From the NCBI GenBank assembly GCA_025456205.1, contig JALOLA010000001.1, forward strand, positions 65,459-129,458: a DNA stretch of 64,000 bases. The letters are read 5' to 3'. This DNA is from Acidobacteriota bacterium. GTDB taxonomy: Bacteria > Acidobacteriota > Aminicenantia > UBA2199. The position numbers and the translations under genes were made by a program. Below the pieces are notes generated by a model, which worked only from the letters and a program-made list of their open reading frames with translations, did no database searches and had not been told where the DNA came from. Within the stretch, counting starts at the first letter, position 1; every line of letters starts with the position of its first letter. Positions 38,297 through 47,785 of this stretch are shown in pieces.

Positions 38297-39778
38297 TTGG
38301 GCGGCACGATGAGCGCGGCCCCGGCCCGGGCCTGCTGGCGCTTTCTTCTTCTTGTTCCGCTCTTGGCATGGCCCGCGGCCCGGGGGGTCCTGCGCCTCGC
38401 CTGCTTCGATCTTCCCCCCACTTTCAACCCGGTGTACGCCACCAGCGAGACGGCCCAGGCTGTGGCCAACAAGGTCTACCAGTCCCTGTTCTATTTCGAT
38501 CCGCAGGGGATCATCCGTCCCGAGCTGGTCGCGGCGTTCTCCTGCGCCCAGGACGGCCGGGAGATCATGCTGGACCTCAAGCAGGGCGCTCGTTTTGCCG
38601 ACGGCTCGGGACTCGACAGCCGTGACGTAGCCGCCACCATTGCCCTGCTGTGCGACGCGCGCTTCGAGTATCCCTACCTGGCCGACCTGGATTTCCTGCA
38701 GGGCGTCGAGGTGGCCGGCCCGCTGCGCCTGCGCCTGCTCCTGCGCCGGAAGTTCGCCGCCTGGAAAACCTACCTGACCTTCAAGATACTGAGCACCGGG
38801 GAGCTGCAGAACAGCGACCCGCGGCGCTTCCGCCGCCAGGCCCCCTTGGGCAGCGGGCCCTACCGGCTGGCCACGGTCACCGAGCCCTGGCGCTTTGAGC
38901 TCGCGAGGAATCCGCATTGGCCAACCGGCCTGCGCTTCAACCGCATCCGCTACACCGTGCTCGGCGATCCCCGGCAGGCGCCGTTGAAGCTGCTCAATGA
39001 CGAACTCGACGCCGTAGAGATCCAGGGCGACGACGCCGCGACGCACGCGCGGCTGAAAAAATGGCAGCAACGCTTCCGGCTGATGCCCTATCGGAAATTC
39101 GGCTACACCTACCTGGTGTTCAACCTGCGCGATCCGGGGCTGGACGAAAACCTGCGGCGGCACTTCTTCAACCGGATGCATGCCACGGATTTTCTGGACG
39201 TTTTCCTGCAAGGGCGCGGCGAGCGCGTCTTTTCACCCTTCCTGCTGTTCGGCAGCGCCAAGCAACCGCGTCCGCTGCCGGCCCGTCCCCTGGCCGCCGG
39301 GCGCCGACTGCGAATCATGACCAACAGCGAATCGGTCGTGCGCAAGCAGCTGGTGCTTTTTCTCTGCGATGAGATGAAGGAATGCCGCATCGAACTGGAG
39401 CCGATCTTCGTCGAGTACCAGGTCTTCCTGCAGCGCCTGAAGCGCGGGGACTTCGACCTGGCCGTGTCGGCGTTCCTTCTGGACATCGAGTGGAACATGA
39501 AGGACGTCCTCTCCGCCTCCGGCTATTTCAATTACGCCGGCTATGCCGACCCGCGGATGGATGCGGCCCTGGAGGACGGGCTGCGCGAAATGGACGAGGG
39601 GCGGCGACGGCGGATCTATGAGCGGGCCCACGACCTGTGGCGGGTAGCGCTGCCGCTGATCCCGCTGTTCAGCCTGAACTACTACATGGGCGTCGCGCGC
39701 GGCATCGCGCTTCCCGCCCGGCCCGTCACCGTCATCGGCTCGACCGGGGACTTTTTTTACAATCTTCAGGGCTGGTAG
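38297..39778 (+). CDS. ABC transporter substrate-binding protein, family 5 (peptide/nickel type), orphan
   Basis: SBP_bac_5-like sequence with a signal peptide. No permease or ATPase genes adjacent. Confidence 0.8.
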   Translation: MGGTMSAAPARACWRFLLLVPLLAWPAARGVLRLACFDLPPTFNPVYATSETAQAVANKVYQSLFYFDPQGIIRPELVAAFSCAQDGREIMLDLKQGARFADGSGLDSRDVAATIALLCDARFEYPYLADLDFLQGVEVAGPLRLRLLLRRKFAAWKTYLTFKILSTGELQNSDPRRFRRQAPLGSGPYRLATVTEPWRFELARNPHWPTGLRFNRIRYTVLGDPRQAPLKLLNDELDAVEIQGDDAATHARLKKWQQRFRLMPYRKFGYTYLVFNLRDPGLDENLRRHFFNRMHATDFLDVFLQGRGERVFSPFLLFGSAKQPRPLPARPLAAGRRLRIMTNSESVVRKQLVLFLCDEMKECRIELEPIFVEYQVFLQRLKRGDFDLAVSAFLLDIEWNMKDVLSASGYFNYAGYADPRMDAALEDGLREMDEGRRRRIYERAHDLWRVALPLIPLFSLNYYMGVARGIALPARPVTVIGSTGDFFYNLQGW

Positions 39779-41286
39779 CGGCGCCGGCGCAGCCCCAGCC
39801 ACAGGAACTTGCCCAGGACCAGTGCCAGGCACGCATAGGGGAAGAGATAGCCCCAGCGGTTGAACAGGGTGCGGCCCCGCAGATAGCGGAACTGGGCCAG
39901 GAAGCGGTCGGGCCGTTGCAGCGGCGAGCGCCGCAGGATGCGCCCGCCGGGATCGACCAGCGCCGAGATGCCGTCCGAGGTCGAGCGCAGCATGTAGCGG
40001 CGGTTCTCAATGGCGCGGCAGCAGGCCATGGCCAGATGCTGGTAGGGGGCAGCCGAGCGCCCGAACCAGGAATCGTTGGAGATGGTCACGATCACTTCGC
40101 CGCCCTGGGCGATCATGGCGCGCACCAGCTCCGGGTAGATGACCTCGTAGCAGACCGGCGTGGCGAGCTGATGACCGTCCAGCTCCAGGGTATGGATCCG
40201 CGCCCCCGGGGTGAAATCGCCGATCTCGTCGGTGATCTTTTTCACGAAGAACAGCCAGCGCCGGAACAGGACATATTCGCCGAACGGGGTCAGGTGCACC
40301 TTGTCGTAGGTCTGCATCCCCGTGGCGGTGAAGAGCAGCACCGAGTTGAAGACGCCGGCGCTGCCGCGCGGATCGGTGAAACCGGCGAGCAGCGGCGCAT
40401 GGTCGCGGGCGAAGGCCTCGAAGCGCTCGCCGAAGAACGGCGTGCGCGTGGGGTAGATCGGCACGGTGAACTCGGGCCAGACGATGAATTCCGCCCCGGC
40501 GCGCCGCAGCTCGCGGGATTCCCGGAACAGCCGTTCCAGGGTCGCCTGCGTCCGGGCGAAGTCGAACTCCAGGTCGTGGTTGCTGTTGGGCTGGATGATG
40601 CCGGCCGTATGCAGGGGAGCGGCGACGACGCGGCGGTCGCTGCGCTGCAGGAGCCAGAAGCCACCAGCGTGTACGACCACGAAATAGGCGGCCAGTGCCA
40701 GCAGGGTCGTGCGGTCCCGCCTCTTCAGCAAGCGGTAGAAGAGGACGTTGGCCGCGATGACCAGATAGGAGACGAGGTGGATGCCGCCGAGCTCGGCCCA
40801 CTGGATGAAGCCGGTGCCGCCCTGCTGGGAATAGCCGACAAGGCACCAGGGAAAGCCGCTGATGATCCGCTCCACGACGAGGTCCTTGGCCACCCAGATC
40901 GCCGGGATCCACAATATGGCCTGGGCGCCCGGCCCCGCGGCCGTGACGCGGCCGATCAGGACGCCGGCCAGGCCCGCGAGCAGCGAGAAAAAAGCGGCCA
41001 GGCAGACCAGGCCGACGATGCCCAGGAACCACGAAGTGTCGCCGTACGTGACCATGACCCGCGGGATCCAGTACAGGATCAGCAGGTAGGAGACCCAGGA
41101 AAAGCAGAAGAACGCGCGGAAGTTCGCCGCCGCGCCCCGGTTTTCCGTGGCCAGAAGCAGCGGCACCAGGAACAGGAACGCCAGCGGGGCCAGCTGGGCC
41201 TTGGGAAAAGCCAGCCCGTAGGCGACGGCGGCCGCGGGCCACAGGAGAAAGCGCAGCCGGCTCAGCGCGATTTTTTGATGGTGAAT
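39766..41286 (-). CDS. lnt: Apolipoprotein N-acyltransferase; start codon uncertain
   Basis: Multi-TM N-terminus plus CN-hydrolase domain (..CYEVIYPELVR..). The only canonical start (ATG 41436) overlaps the SPOR gene by 175 nt. ATT at 41286 has GGAG 8 nt upstream. Confidence 0.8.
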   Translation of the reverse strand: MHHQKIALSRLRFLLWPAAAVAYGLAFPKAQLAPLAFLFLVPLLLATENRGAAANFRAFFCFSWVSYLLILYWIPRVMVTYGDTSWFLGIVGLVCLAAFFSLLAGLAGVLIGRVTAAGPGAQAILWIPAIWVAKDLVVERIISGFPWCLVGYSQQGGTGFIQWAELGGIHLVSYLVIAANVLFYRLLKRRDRTTLLALAAYFVVVHAGGFWLLQRSDRRVVAAPLHTAGIIQPNSNHDLEFDFARTQATLERLFRESRELRRAGAEFIVWPEFTVPIYPTRTPFFGERFEAFARDHAPLLAGFTDPRGSAGVFNSVLLFTATGMQTYDKVHLTPFGEYVLFRRWLFFVKKITDEIGDFTPGARIHTLELDGHQLATPVCYEVIYPELVRAMIAQGGEVIVTISNDSWFGRSAAPYQHLAMACCRAIENRRYMLRSTSDGISALVDPGGRILRRSPLQRPDRFLAQFRYLRGRTLFNRWGYLFPYACLALVLGKFLWLGLRRRRYQP

Positions 41287-41837
41287 TTCGCCTTCTCCTG
41301 ATTCTCCAGCTTGGTCTTTTCCCTCTGGGCGTCGGCCAGAAGGGTGAAGCTTCCCACCTGGACGGTATGCAACTTTTTCTGGTTGTCGGTGATGATCGCC
41401 GCCTGGTAGCCGAGGCTGGTGAACCTGCGGCTGCATTTCTGGGCATTGGCAAAATCGGCGAAGGCGCCCACCTGGATGGTATAGTTCGCCTCATGCGTGG
41501 AGACGGTCTTGGGCGCCGGCTGCGGCTCGCTGTCTTTCCCGGCAGGGACGCTCCGGGCGGCCTGTCCCTCGTGGAGCTTGATCTCCGCGGGGATCGACTG
41601 CCGGGCAGCGGGCTTCTGCGGCACGGTCTGCACCGGCTTTTCATCCACGACGCTCAATTCCTCGTTGGCTTCCCCCGGCCGGGCCTGCTCATTGGCGATC
41701 GCCGTGCGCGGGTCAGCCCGGCGCTGGCCGGCCTGGTAGCCCATGTAAAAAAGGAAAATGCCGATGGCGACGACGGCGACCAGGAAAACCACGATGTGCA
41801 TGAAGGTGATCTTGAATTCGAAATAGGTTTTTTCCAT
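41262..41837 (-). CDS. SPOR domain-containing membrane protein
   Basis: N-terminal TM, Pro/Gln-rich linker, C-terminal SPOR fold (YTIQVGAF....A......L...GY.A). Confidence 0.8.
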   Translation of the reverse strand: MEKTYFEFKITFMHIVVFLVAVVAIGIFLFYMGYQAGQRRADPRTAIANEQARPGEANEELSVVDEKPVQTVPQKPAARQSIPAEIKLHEGQAARSVPAGKDSEPQPAPKTVSTHEANYTIQVGAFADFANAQKCSRRFTSLGYQAAIITDNQKKLHTVQVGSFTLLADAQREKTKLENQEKAKFTIKKSR

Positions 41838-42593
41838 TTACTTCTTTTCGAACAACCCCTTCATCAGGTCGATGGGCATGGGAAAGATGATGGTGGACGA
41901 ATTTTCCGCGCCGATCTCGACCAGGGTCTGCAGGTAGCGCAGCTGGATGGTCGAGGGGTTCTGCGAAAGGGTGTTGGCGGCTTCCAGGAGCTTGGCCGAC
42001 GCCTGCTGCTCGCCTTCGGCATGGATGATCTTGGCCCGGCGCTCGCGTTCGGCCTCGGCCTGCTTGGCCATGGCCCGCTGCATCTCCTGCGGCAGGTCGA
42101 CGTGCTTGATCTCCACCATGGAGACCTTGATGCCCCAGGGATCGGTGTGCTCGTCGATGATCGTCTGCAGGCGCGAGTTCAGCTTGTCGCGCTCGGAAAG
42201 AAGCTCGTCCAGCTCGGCCTGACCCAGCACGGAGCGCAGCGTGGTCTGCGAAAGCTGCGAGGTGGCGTACAGGTAGTCCTGGACCTCGATGACCGCTTTC
42301 CTGGGCTCGACCACGCGGAAGTAGACGACGGCGTTGACCTTGACCGAGACGTTGTCGCGGGTGATGACGTCCTGCGGCGGCACGTCGAGCACGATGGTGC
42401 GCAGGCCGATGCGCACCAGCTTGTCGATCGGGGAAAGGACCATGATCAGCCCCGGCCCCTTGGGCTGCTCGAGCACGCGGCCCAGGCGGAAAATGACCCC
42501 GCGCTCATATTCCTTGAGCACCTTGATCCAGTTTAAAATAAAGAAAATGGCCACCACGGCCACGACCAGCAGCGGATTGGCGAAAAGGTTCAT
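41838..42593 (-). CDS. SPFH/Band 7 (stomatin-like) protein
   Basis: Typical stomatin sequence ([12 protein letters not shown]....GPGL...P). Confidence 0.92.
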   Translation of the reverse strand: MNLFANPLLVVAVVAIFFILNWIKVLKEYERGVIFRLGRVLEQPKGPGLIMVLSPIDKLVRIGLRTIVLDVPPQDVITRDNVSVKVNAVVYFRVVEPRKAVIEVQDYLYATSQLSQTTLRSVLGQAELDELLSERDKLNSRLQTIIDEHTDPWGIKVSMVEIKHVDLPQEMQRAMAKQAEAERERRAKIIHAEGEQQASAKLLEAANTLSQNPSTIQLRYLQTLVEIGAENSSTIIFPMPIDLMKGLFEKK

Positions 42594-42594
42594 T

Positions 42595-43869
42595 TTATCC
42601 TCCTGATTTTCTGACTTTAAGAACCAGGTTTTCCACGGCCTCGACGCGGATGCGGCTGCCGGCCGGGATCAGGCCGTCGGCAACGGCGTTCCACCATTCG
42701 CCATGGACGAAGACCTTGCCCTGGCGGCTGTCGATATCGGTCTTGGCCACGCCGGTCTCGCCGACGATGCCCTCAACCCCGGTCTCGCTCCGGCGCTTCA
42801 TGGCCGCGAAGACCTTCCAGGTCAGGAACAGGAAAATGCAGGCGAAGCAGACGGCGAAGGTGATGATCATGGGCATGGCCGGCCTCATTTCAGGGATGGG
42901 CGACTTGATCAGCATGACCGATCCCAGGACGAACGATACGATCCCCCCGATCCCCAGCACTCCGAAGCCCTGGACCTTGATCTCGGCGACGAAAAAACCG
43001 ATCGAAAGGAGGATCAGAAAAAGCCCGACGTAATTGATCGGCAGCACCTGGAAGGCCAGGAAGGCCAGCAGCAGCGAGATGCCGCCCAGGATGCCGGGCA
43101 GCACGCCGCCCGGGTGGGTGAACTCGATGAACAGGCCGATCAGGCCGAAGATCAACAGGAAGTAGGCCAGGCTGGGATTGGTGATCGTGCGCAGGAATTT
43201 CTGCCGCTGGCTCATTTCCATGGCGATGATCTTCTGCGCGCGCAGGTCGAGGGTGATCGTCCTGCCGCCGGCCAGGGTGACGGTCCGCCCCTGCAGCTTG
43301 GCAATGAGCTCGCGGGTATCGGCGGCGACCAGGTCGATCAGGCCGTTCTTCAGGCATTCCTCGGCCGTGTAGGAGCGGCTCTCGCGCACGGCCTTCTCGG
43401 CCAGCTCCTCGCTGCGCCCGCGGTTGCGGGCCAGGGCCTTGACATAGGAGACGGCGTCATTGGTGATCTTCTCGCGCATGGTCTTCTCGATATCGCTGCC
43501 GGTCATGGACACGGGGTGGGCGGCGCCGGTGTTGGTCCCCGGGGCCATGGCGGCGATGTCGCCCGCCAGCAGGATGAAGAAGCCGGCCGAGGCCGCGCGC
43601 CCGCCCTTGGGGGTGACCAGTACGGCGACGGGGACGCCGACGTTCAGCATGGCCTTGATGATGGCGCGCATCGAGGCGTCGAAGCCGCCCGGCGTGTCCA
43701 TTTCGATGACGACCAGGCGGGCGTCGCCGCGGCCAGCGATCGCGCGCAGGGAGCTCACGGCATATTCCTCGAGGAGCGGATCCACCGGCCCGGCGAAGCG
43801 CAGGGTGTAGATCTCGGCGCCAAGACAGAGGGGAATGACGGCCAGGAGGAAAAGAAGGGTCTTTTTCAT
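42595..43869 (-). CDS. NfeD-family membrane-bound ClpP-class serine protease
   Basis: Signal peptide, ClpP-like domain ([11 protein letters not shown]), TM block, C-terminal OB-like NfeD domain. Precedes the SPFH gene by 1 nt. Confidence 0.88.
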   Translation of the reverse strand: MKKTLLFLLAVIPLCLGAEIYTLRFAGPVDPLLEEYAVSSLRAIAGRGDARLVVIEMDTPGGFDASMRAIIKAMLNVGVPVAVLVTPKGGRAASAGFFILLAGDIAAMAPGTNTGAAHPVSMTGSDIEKTMREKITNDAVSYVKALARNRGRSEELAEKAVRESRSYTAEECLKNGLIDLVAADTRELIAKLQGRTVTLAGGRTITLDLRAQKIIAMEMSQRQKFLRTITNPSLAYFLLIFGLIGLFIEFTHPGGVLPGILGGISLLLAFLAFQVLPINYVGLFLILLSIGFFVAEIKVQGFGVLGIGGIVSFVLGSVMLIKSPIPEMRPAMPMIITFAVCFACIFLFLTWKVFAAMKRRSETGVEGIVGETGVAKTDIDSRQGKVFVHGEWWNAVADGLIPAGSRIRVEAVENLVLKVRKSGG

Positions 43870-43876
43870 TGCCTGA

Positions 43877-43905
43877 ATTATAGTGAATGGGAAATGAAAA
43901 ATCAA
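43877..43905 (-). promoter_or_regulatory. Promoter of the nfeD-SPFH-SPOR-lnt operon (leaderless geometry)
   Basis: Minus strand reads TTGATT-17-TATAAT, then 7 nt, then ATG 43869. Confidence 0.65.
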
Positions 43906-43957
43906 ATCCCCCGGGCCTCCGCAGGTCATGCTGCTGATGGGGGAGGGCGTCCCGCGG

Positions 43958-45325
43958 CTAAATGTGGATCGAGAACTTCCCGATCTCGCCCAGGGCTTCC
44001 CAGAGGTTCTCGCTCAGCGTGGGATGGATGAAGACGAGTTCCTTGAAGTCCTCGGCCTTGAGCCCGCGCATGACGGCGTAGGCCAGCAGCGGCAGCAGTT
44101 CTCCGGCCTCGGCGCCGACGATATGGGCGCCGAGGATCGTGTGGTCTTCGGCGGCGATCACCTTGACCAGGCCGGATTTTTCGTCGATGGCGTTGGCCCG
44201 CGACCCGGCGGCATAGGGAAAGCGGCCGATCGTGACCTTGCGCCCATCCTGTCGGGCCTGGTCTTCGCTGAGGCCCACGGTGGCCATTTCGGGAAAGGTG
44301 AAAATGGCCGCCGGCTGGGAAAGATGGACGACCGGCCTTTTCCCGACGATGAAATCCACGATGGCCATGGCCTGATGCGATGCCTTGTGGGCCAGCATGG
44401 GGGGGCCGACCACGTCGCCGCAGGCGAAGATCCCGGGGACGGCCGTCTCCAGGTTCGGCGAAACGGGGATGAAGCCCTTGGGGTCGAGGCCCAGCCCGAG
44501 CCCGGGGGCGAAGATCCCCGTGCTGTTGGGCAGGCGGCCGACGGCCAGCAGCACCTTGTGGAATTCCTCCTGCCAGTGCTTTTCGCCCTGCCTGAAATCC
44601 AGGCCGAGCCTTTCTCCGCGGCGGGGATTGCTGATGGCGGTGCCCGTATAAATAGTGATGTTCTGCTTGATCAGCTCGTTCTTCAGGATGGCGGCGATCT
44701 CGCGGTCGCTGCCCGGGACGATGGTCTCCATGATCTCCACGACCGTGACCTTGCTGCCCAGGTAGCTGTAGATCAGCGCCCATTCCAGCCCGACCGCCCC
44801 GGCGCCGACCACCAGCATGGTCGCGGGCACGGATTCCAGATTCAGCAGCTCGTCGGAGCTGACGACCTGCTGCCCGTCCCACTTCAGGAACGGCAGCTCG
44901 GCCGGTTTGGAGCCGGTGGCGACCACGATGTGCCGGGCCGTCACCTCCTTCTGGCCGTCGACCAGGACGGAGTTGGCCCCCGTCACCTGGCCCCGGCCCT
45001 TGATGAGCTGGATGCCGTGCTGCTTGAAAAGGATCTCGATGCCGCGGGTCTGCTTGCTGATGATGCGAACCTTGCGGCGAGCGATCTCCTCGAGGGAAAC
45101 CCCGTATTTTTCCACGTGCACGCCGATCTTGGCGAAGTCGCCGATCTGCTTGACGGCCTTGACCGAATGCAGGATGGCCTTGGTGGGGATGCAACCCCGC
45201 TGCAGGCAGGTGCCGCCCGGCAGGTCCATCTCCACCACCGCCGTCTTCAGTCCCTTCTTGGCCGCGGCGATCGCCCCTTCGTAGCCGGCCGGGCCGGCGC
45301 CGATGAACAGCAGGTCATGGTCCAT
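43958..45325 (-). CDS. lpdA: Dihydrolipoyl dehydrogenase
   Basis: GAGPAGY FAD motif and redox disulfide GGTCLQRGCIPTK. Confidence 0.92.
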   Translation of the reverse strand: MDHDLLFIGAGPAGYEGAIAAAKKGLKTAVVEMDLPGGTCLQRGCIPTKAILHSVKAVKQIGDFAKIGVHVEKYGVSLEEIARRKVRIISKQTRGIEILFKQHGIQLIKGRGQVTGANSVLVDGQKEVTARHIVVATGSKPAELPFLKWDGQQVVSSDELLNLESVPATMLVVGAGAVGLEWALIYSYLGSKVTVVEIMETIVPGSDREIAAILKNELIKQNITIYTGTAISNPRRGERLGLDFRQGEKHWQEEFHKVLLAVGRLPNSTGIFAPGLGLGLDPKGFIPVSPNLETAVPGIFACGDVVGPPMLAHKASHQAMAIVDFIVGKRPVVHLSQPAAIFTFPEMATVGLSEDQARQDGRKVTIGRFPYAAGSRANAIDEKSGLVKVIAAEDHTILGAHIVGAEAGELLPLLAYAVMRGLKAEDFKELVFIHPTLSENLWEALGEIGKFSIHI

Positions 45326-45351
45326 GGTGACTCCTCGCGCTTCCGCGCCCG

Positions 45352-46464
45352 CTATTTTTTCATTTCCGCCAGCGCCGCTTCCAGCGCGGCCACGAAGAAA
45401 TCGTTCTCCTCCTGCGTGCCGACGGTGACGCGCATGGCGTCGGGGATGCCGAAGCCGGCCATCGGCCGGATGATCACTCCCCGGCGCAGGAGCCGCCGGT
45501 TCAGCTCTGGGACATCGACCCCGGGGAAGAACAGGATGAAATTGGCCTGGGAGGGGATGGCGCGCAAACCCAGTCCCAGCAGGCGCGGGAACAGCCCGGC
45601 CTTGTTGGCGCGGTTCAGGCGCACCGACCCGTCCTTGAAATCGTCGTTGTCCAGCGAGGCCAGGGCGGCGCGCTGGCCGATGCGCGTGACGTTGAATGGA
45701 GGCTTGACGCGGTTGAGGATGGCGATGAACTCGGGGTGGGCCAGGGCGTAGCCGACGCGCAGGCCGGCCAGGCCGTAGACCTTGGAGAAGGTGCGCAGGA
45801 CGACCAGGTTCCTCCTGTGGCCGATCTCGCCGATGCCGGTGACGTAATCCTCGGGATGGTCGACGTACTCCTGGTAGGCGTTGTCCAGGACGACGATGCG
45901 GTCGTCGGGGATGCGGTCGATGAAGGCGCGGATGGCCGCGGCGGGGAGAACGGTGCCGGTGGGGTTGTTGGGGTTGGTGATGAAGATGATCTTGGTCGCG
46001 GCGTCGACTCGCCCGGCGATGGCCTCCAGGTCGAAGCGCAGCTCGCGGTCCATCGGGGCTTCGACGAAAGCGGCGGCGCCGGCGATCTCGGTGGTGGCGC
46101 TGCGGTAGAGGGAGAATGTCTTTTCCGAGGTCAGGACCTTCTGTCCCGGCTTGAGAAAGGCGCGGATCAGCATCTGGATGATCTCCACCGAGCCGGCGCC
46201 CACGATGACGTTGGCCAGGTCCACCCCGTTGTACTCGGCGATGCGCCGGCGCAGGTAATGGTTATCGGAGTCGGGGTAGCAATGGACCTGGGAAAGCTCG
46301 TCCGTGATCGCGCGGCGGACATTTTCCGGGATCGGCAGCATGTTCTCATTGGAAGCCAGCTTGACCACCTTGGCGAGTCCGAACTCGCGCTGGATGTCCT
46401 CGACCGGCTTGCCGGGCGCGTAAGGAGTGACTTCCAGGACGTGGGGGTTGACCAGGGATTCCAT
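45352..46464 (-). CDS. hisC: Histidinol-phosphate aminotransferase
   Basis: KLASNENMLPIP and the PLP-lysine region FSKVYGLAGLR. Confidence 0.92.
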   Translation of the reverse strand: MESLVNPHVLEVTPYAPGKPVEDIQREFGLAKVVKLASNENMLPIPENVRRAITDELSQVHCYPDSDNHYLRRRIAEYNGVDLANVIVGAGSVEIIQMLIRAFLKPGQKVLTSEKTFSLYRSATTEIAGAAAFVEAPMDRELRFDLEAIAGRVDAATKIIFITNPNNPTGTVLPAAAIRAFIDRIPDDRIVVLDNAYQEYVDHPEDYVTGIGEIGHRRNLVVLRTFSKVYGLAGLRVGYALAHPEFIAILNRVKPPFNVTRIGQRAALASLDNDDFKDGSVRLNRANKAGLFPRLLGLGLRAIPSQANFILFFPGVDVPELNRRLLRRGVIIRPMAGFGIPDAMRVTVGTQEENDFFVAALEAALAEMKK

Positions 46465-46473
46465 CGGCTCCTC

Positions 46474-47046
46474 CTATTTGAATAGCGAAGGTTGCTCTTT
46501 CTCCTCGAAAAGCTCGGTCAGTTCTTCCAGGGACGGCAGCTCCGAAAGGTCGTTCAAGCCGAAGTAGATCAGGAATTCCTGGGTGGTGGCGTACAGGGCG
46601 GGCAGCCCCGGCACTTTTTTGCGGCCGACGATCTTGATCAGCTTCTTTTGCAGCAGGCTCTTCACCGGGCCGGAGGAATTCACGCCGCGCATGTCGGAGA
46701 TCTCGGCCAGGGTGGCCGGCTGGCGGTAGGAGATGATCGAGAGGGTCTCCAGCGAGGCCAGGGTGAGCTTGGTGGACTGCTTGACCGTGAAGAACTGCTT
46801 CAGCTCGTCGTGCAGGTCGGGCTTGGTCACCAGCTGCAGGCCGCCGCCGGAACGCTTCAGGATCAGGCCGCGCTCGGGCCTCGCCTGCAGGTGCTCCTTG
46901 TCCATCGCGGCCAGGACCGCCTCGAATTCCTCGATGTCGCCGATGCCCAGGAACTCCATGATCCGCCCCGGCTCCACCGGTTCCTTGGAGACGAAGAGGA
47001 TGGCCTCGATGAGCGCGATCTGCTTGCAGAGTTGTTCCGGGTTCAT
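46474..47046 (-). CDS. scpB: SMC-Scp complex subunit ScpB
   Basis: IEAILFVS..P motif. ATG 47046 lies 4 nt after the scpA stop. The track extension to 47202 overlaps scpA. Confidence 0.88.
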   Translation of the reverse strand: MNPEQLCKQIALIEAILFVSKEPVEPGRIMEFLGIGDIEEFEAVLAAMDKEHLQARPERGLILKRSGGGLQLVTKPDLHDELKQFFTVKQSTKLTLASLETLSIISYRQPATLAEISDMRGVNSSGPVKSLLQKKLIKIVGRKKVPGLPALYATTQEFLIYFGLNDLSELPSLEELTELFEEKEQPSLFK

Positions 47047-47050
47047 GATT

Positions 47051-47785
47051 TCAATTTTCCAGCTTGCCGGCCTCGTTCTTGAACAGGGAGATGGTGCCGA
47101 ACAGCTGCTCCTGGACGGCGACGAGCAGGTGGCGCTTGACCATTTCCAGCAGGGTGAAAAAACTGACGACGATCTCCTCGATGGAGTCGAGCCGGGCGAC
47201 ATAGACGCTGAAATCGATGAAGCCGCTGCCCTCCAGCAGGGAGAGGATCTCTGCCTGCTTCTCGGCGATGGAATAGTTCTTGGAGGAGATGTACAGGAAT
47301 TGCTCGTTCTCCTTCTTCTTGACGATATCGAAGAATATCTCCGCCAGCTGGAAGGCCGACACTTCCTTCAAGGTGTACTCGCGGTTGGCGAAGTTCTCGT
47401 TCATTTCCAGCCGCCGCCACAGCAGCAGCTCGGTGTATTCCATTTCCTGGAGCAGGCGCGAGATCTTCTGCACCTTCTCGTACTCGATCAGGGTATGCAG
47501 CAGCTGCTTCTCCGGCGATTCCTCGGCGGGGTTCTCGGGCTTGGGCAGCAGCGAGCGCGACTTGATGTAGATGAGGGTGGCGGCGGTCATCAGGAACTCG
47601 CTTTCCCGCGAGGGGTTGATGCCGCGCTTGCTCTCCAGGTAGGACAGGTACTCGGCGGTGATCTGCGACAGGCGCACCTCGATGATGTTCATCTTGTTCT
47701 TGCGGATGAGGTGCAGCAGCAGGTCGAGCGGGCCCTCGAAGAATTCGGTCTGTACCTGGTAGCCGGCGAATTCCGCTTCCATCAT
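47051..47785 (-). CDS. scpA: Segregation and condensation protein A
   Basis: FEGPLDLLLHLI motif. Confidence 0.9.
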   Translation of the reverse strand: MMEAEFAGYQVQTEFFEGPLDLLLHLIRKNKMNIIEVRLSQITAEYLSYLESKRGINPSRESEFLMTAATLIYIKSRSLLPKPENPAEESPEKQLLHTLIEYEKVQKISRLLQEMEYTELLLWRRLEMNENFANREYTLKEVSAFQLAEIFFDIVKKKENEQFLYISSKNYSIAEKQAEILSLLEGSGFIDFSVYVARLDSIEEIVVSFFTLLEMVKRHLLVAVQEQLFGTISLFKNEAGKLEN

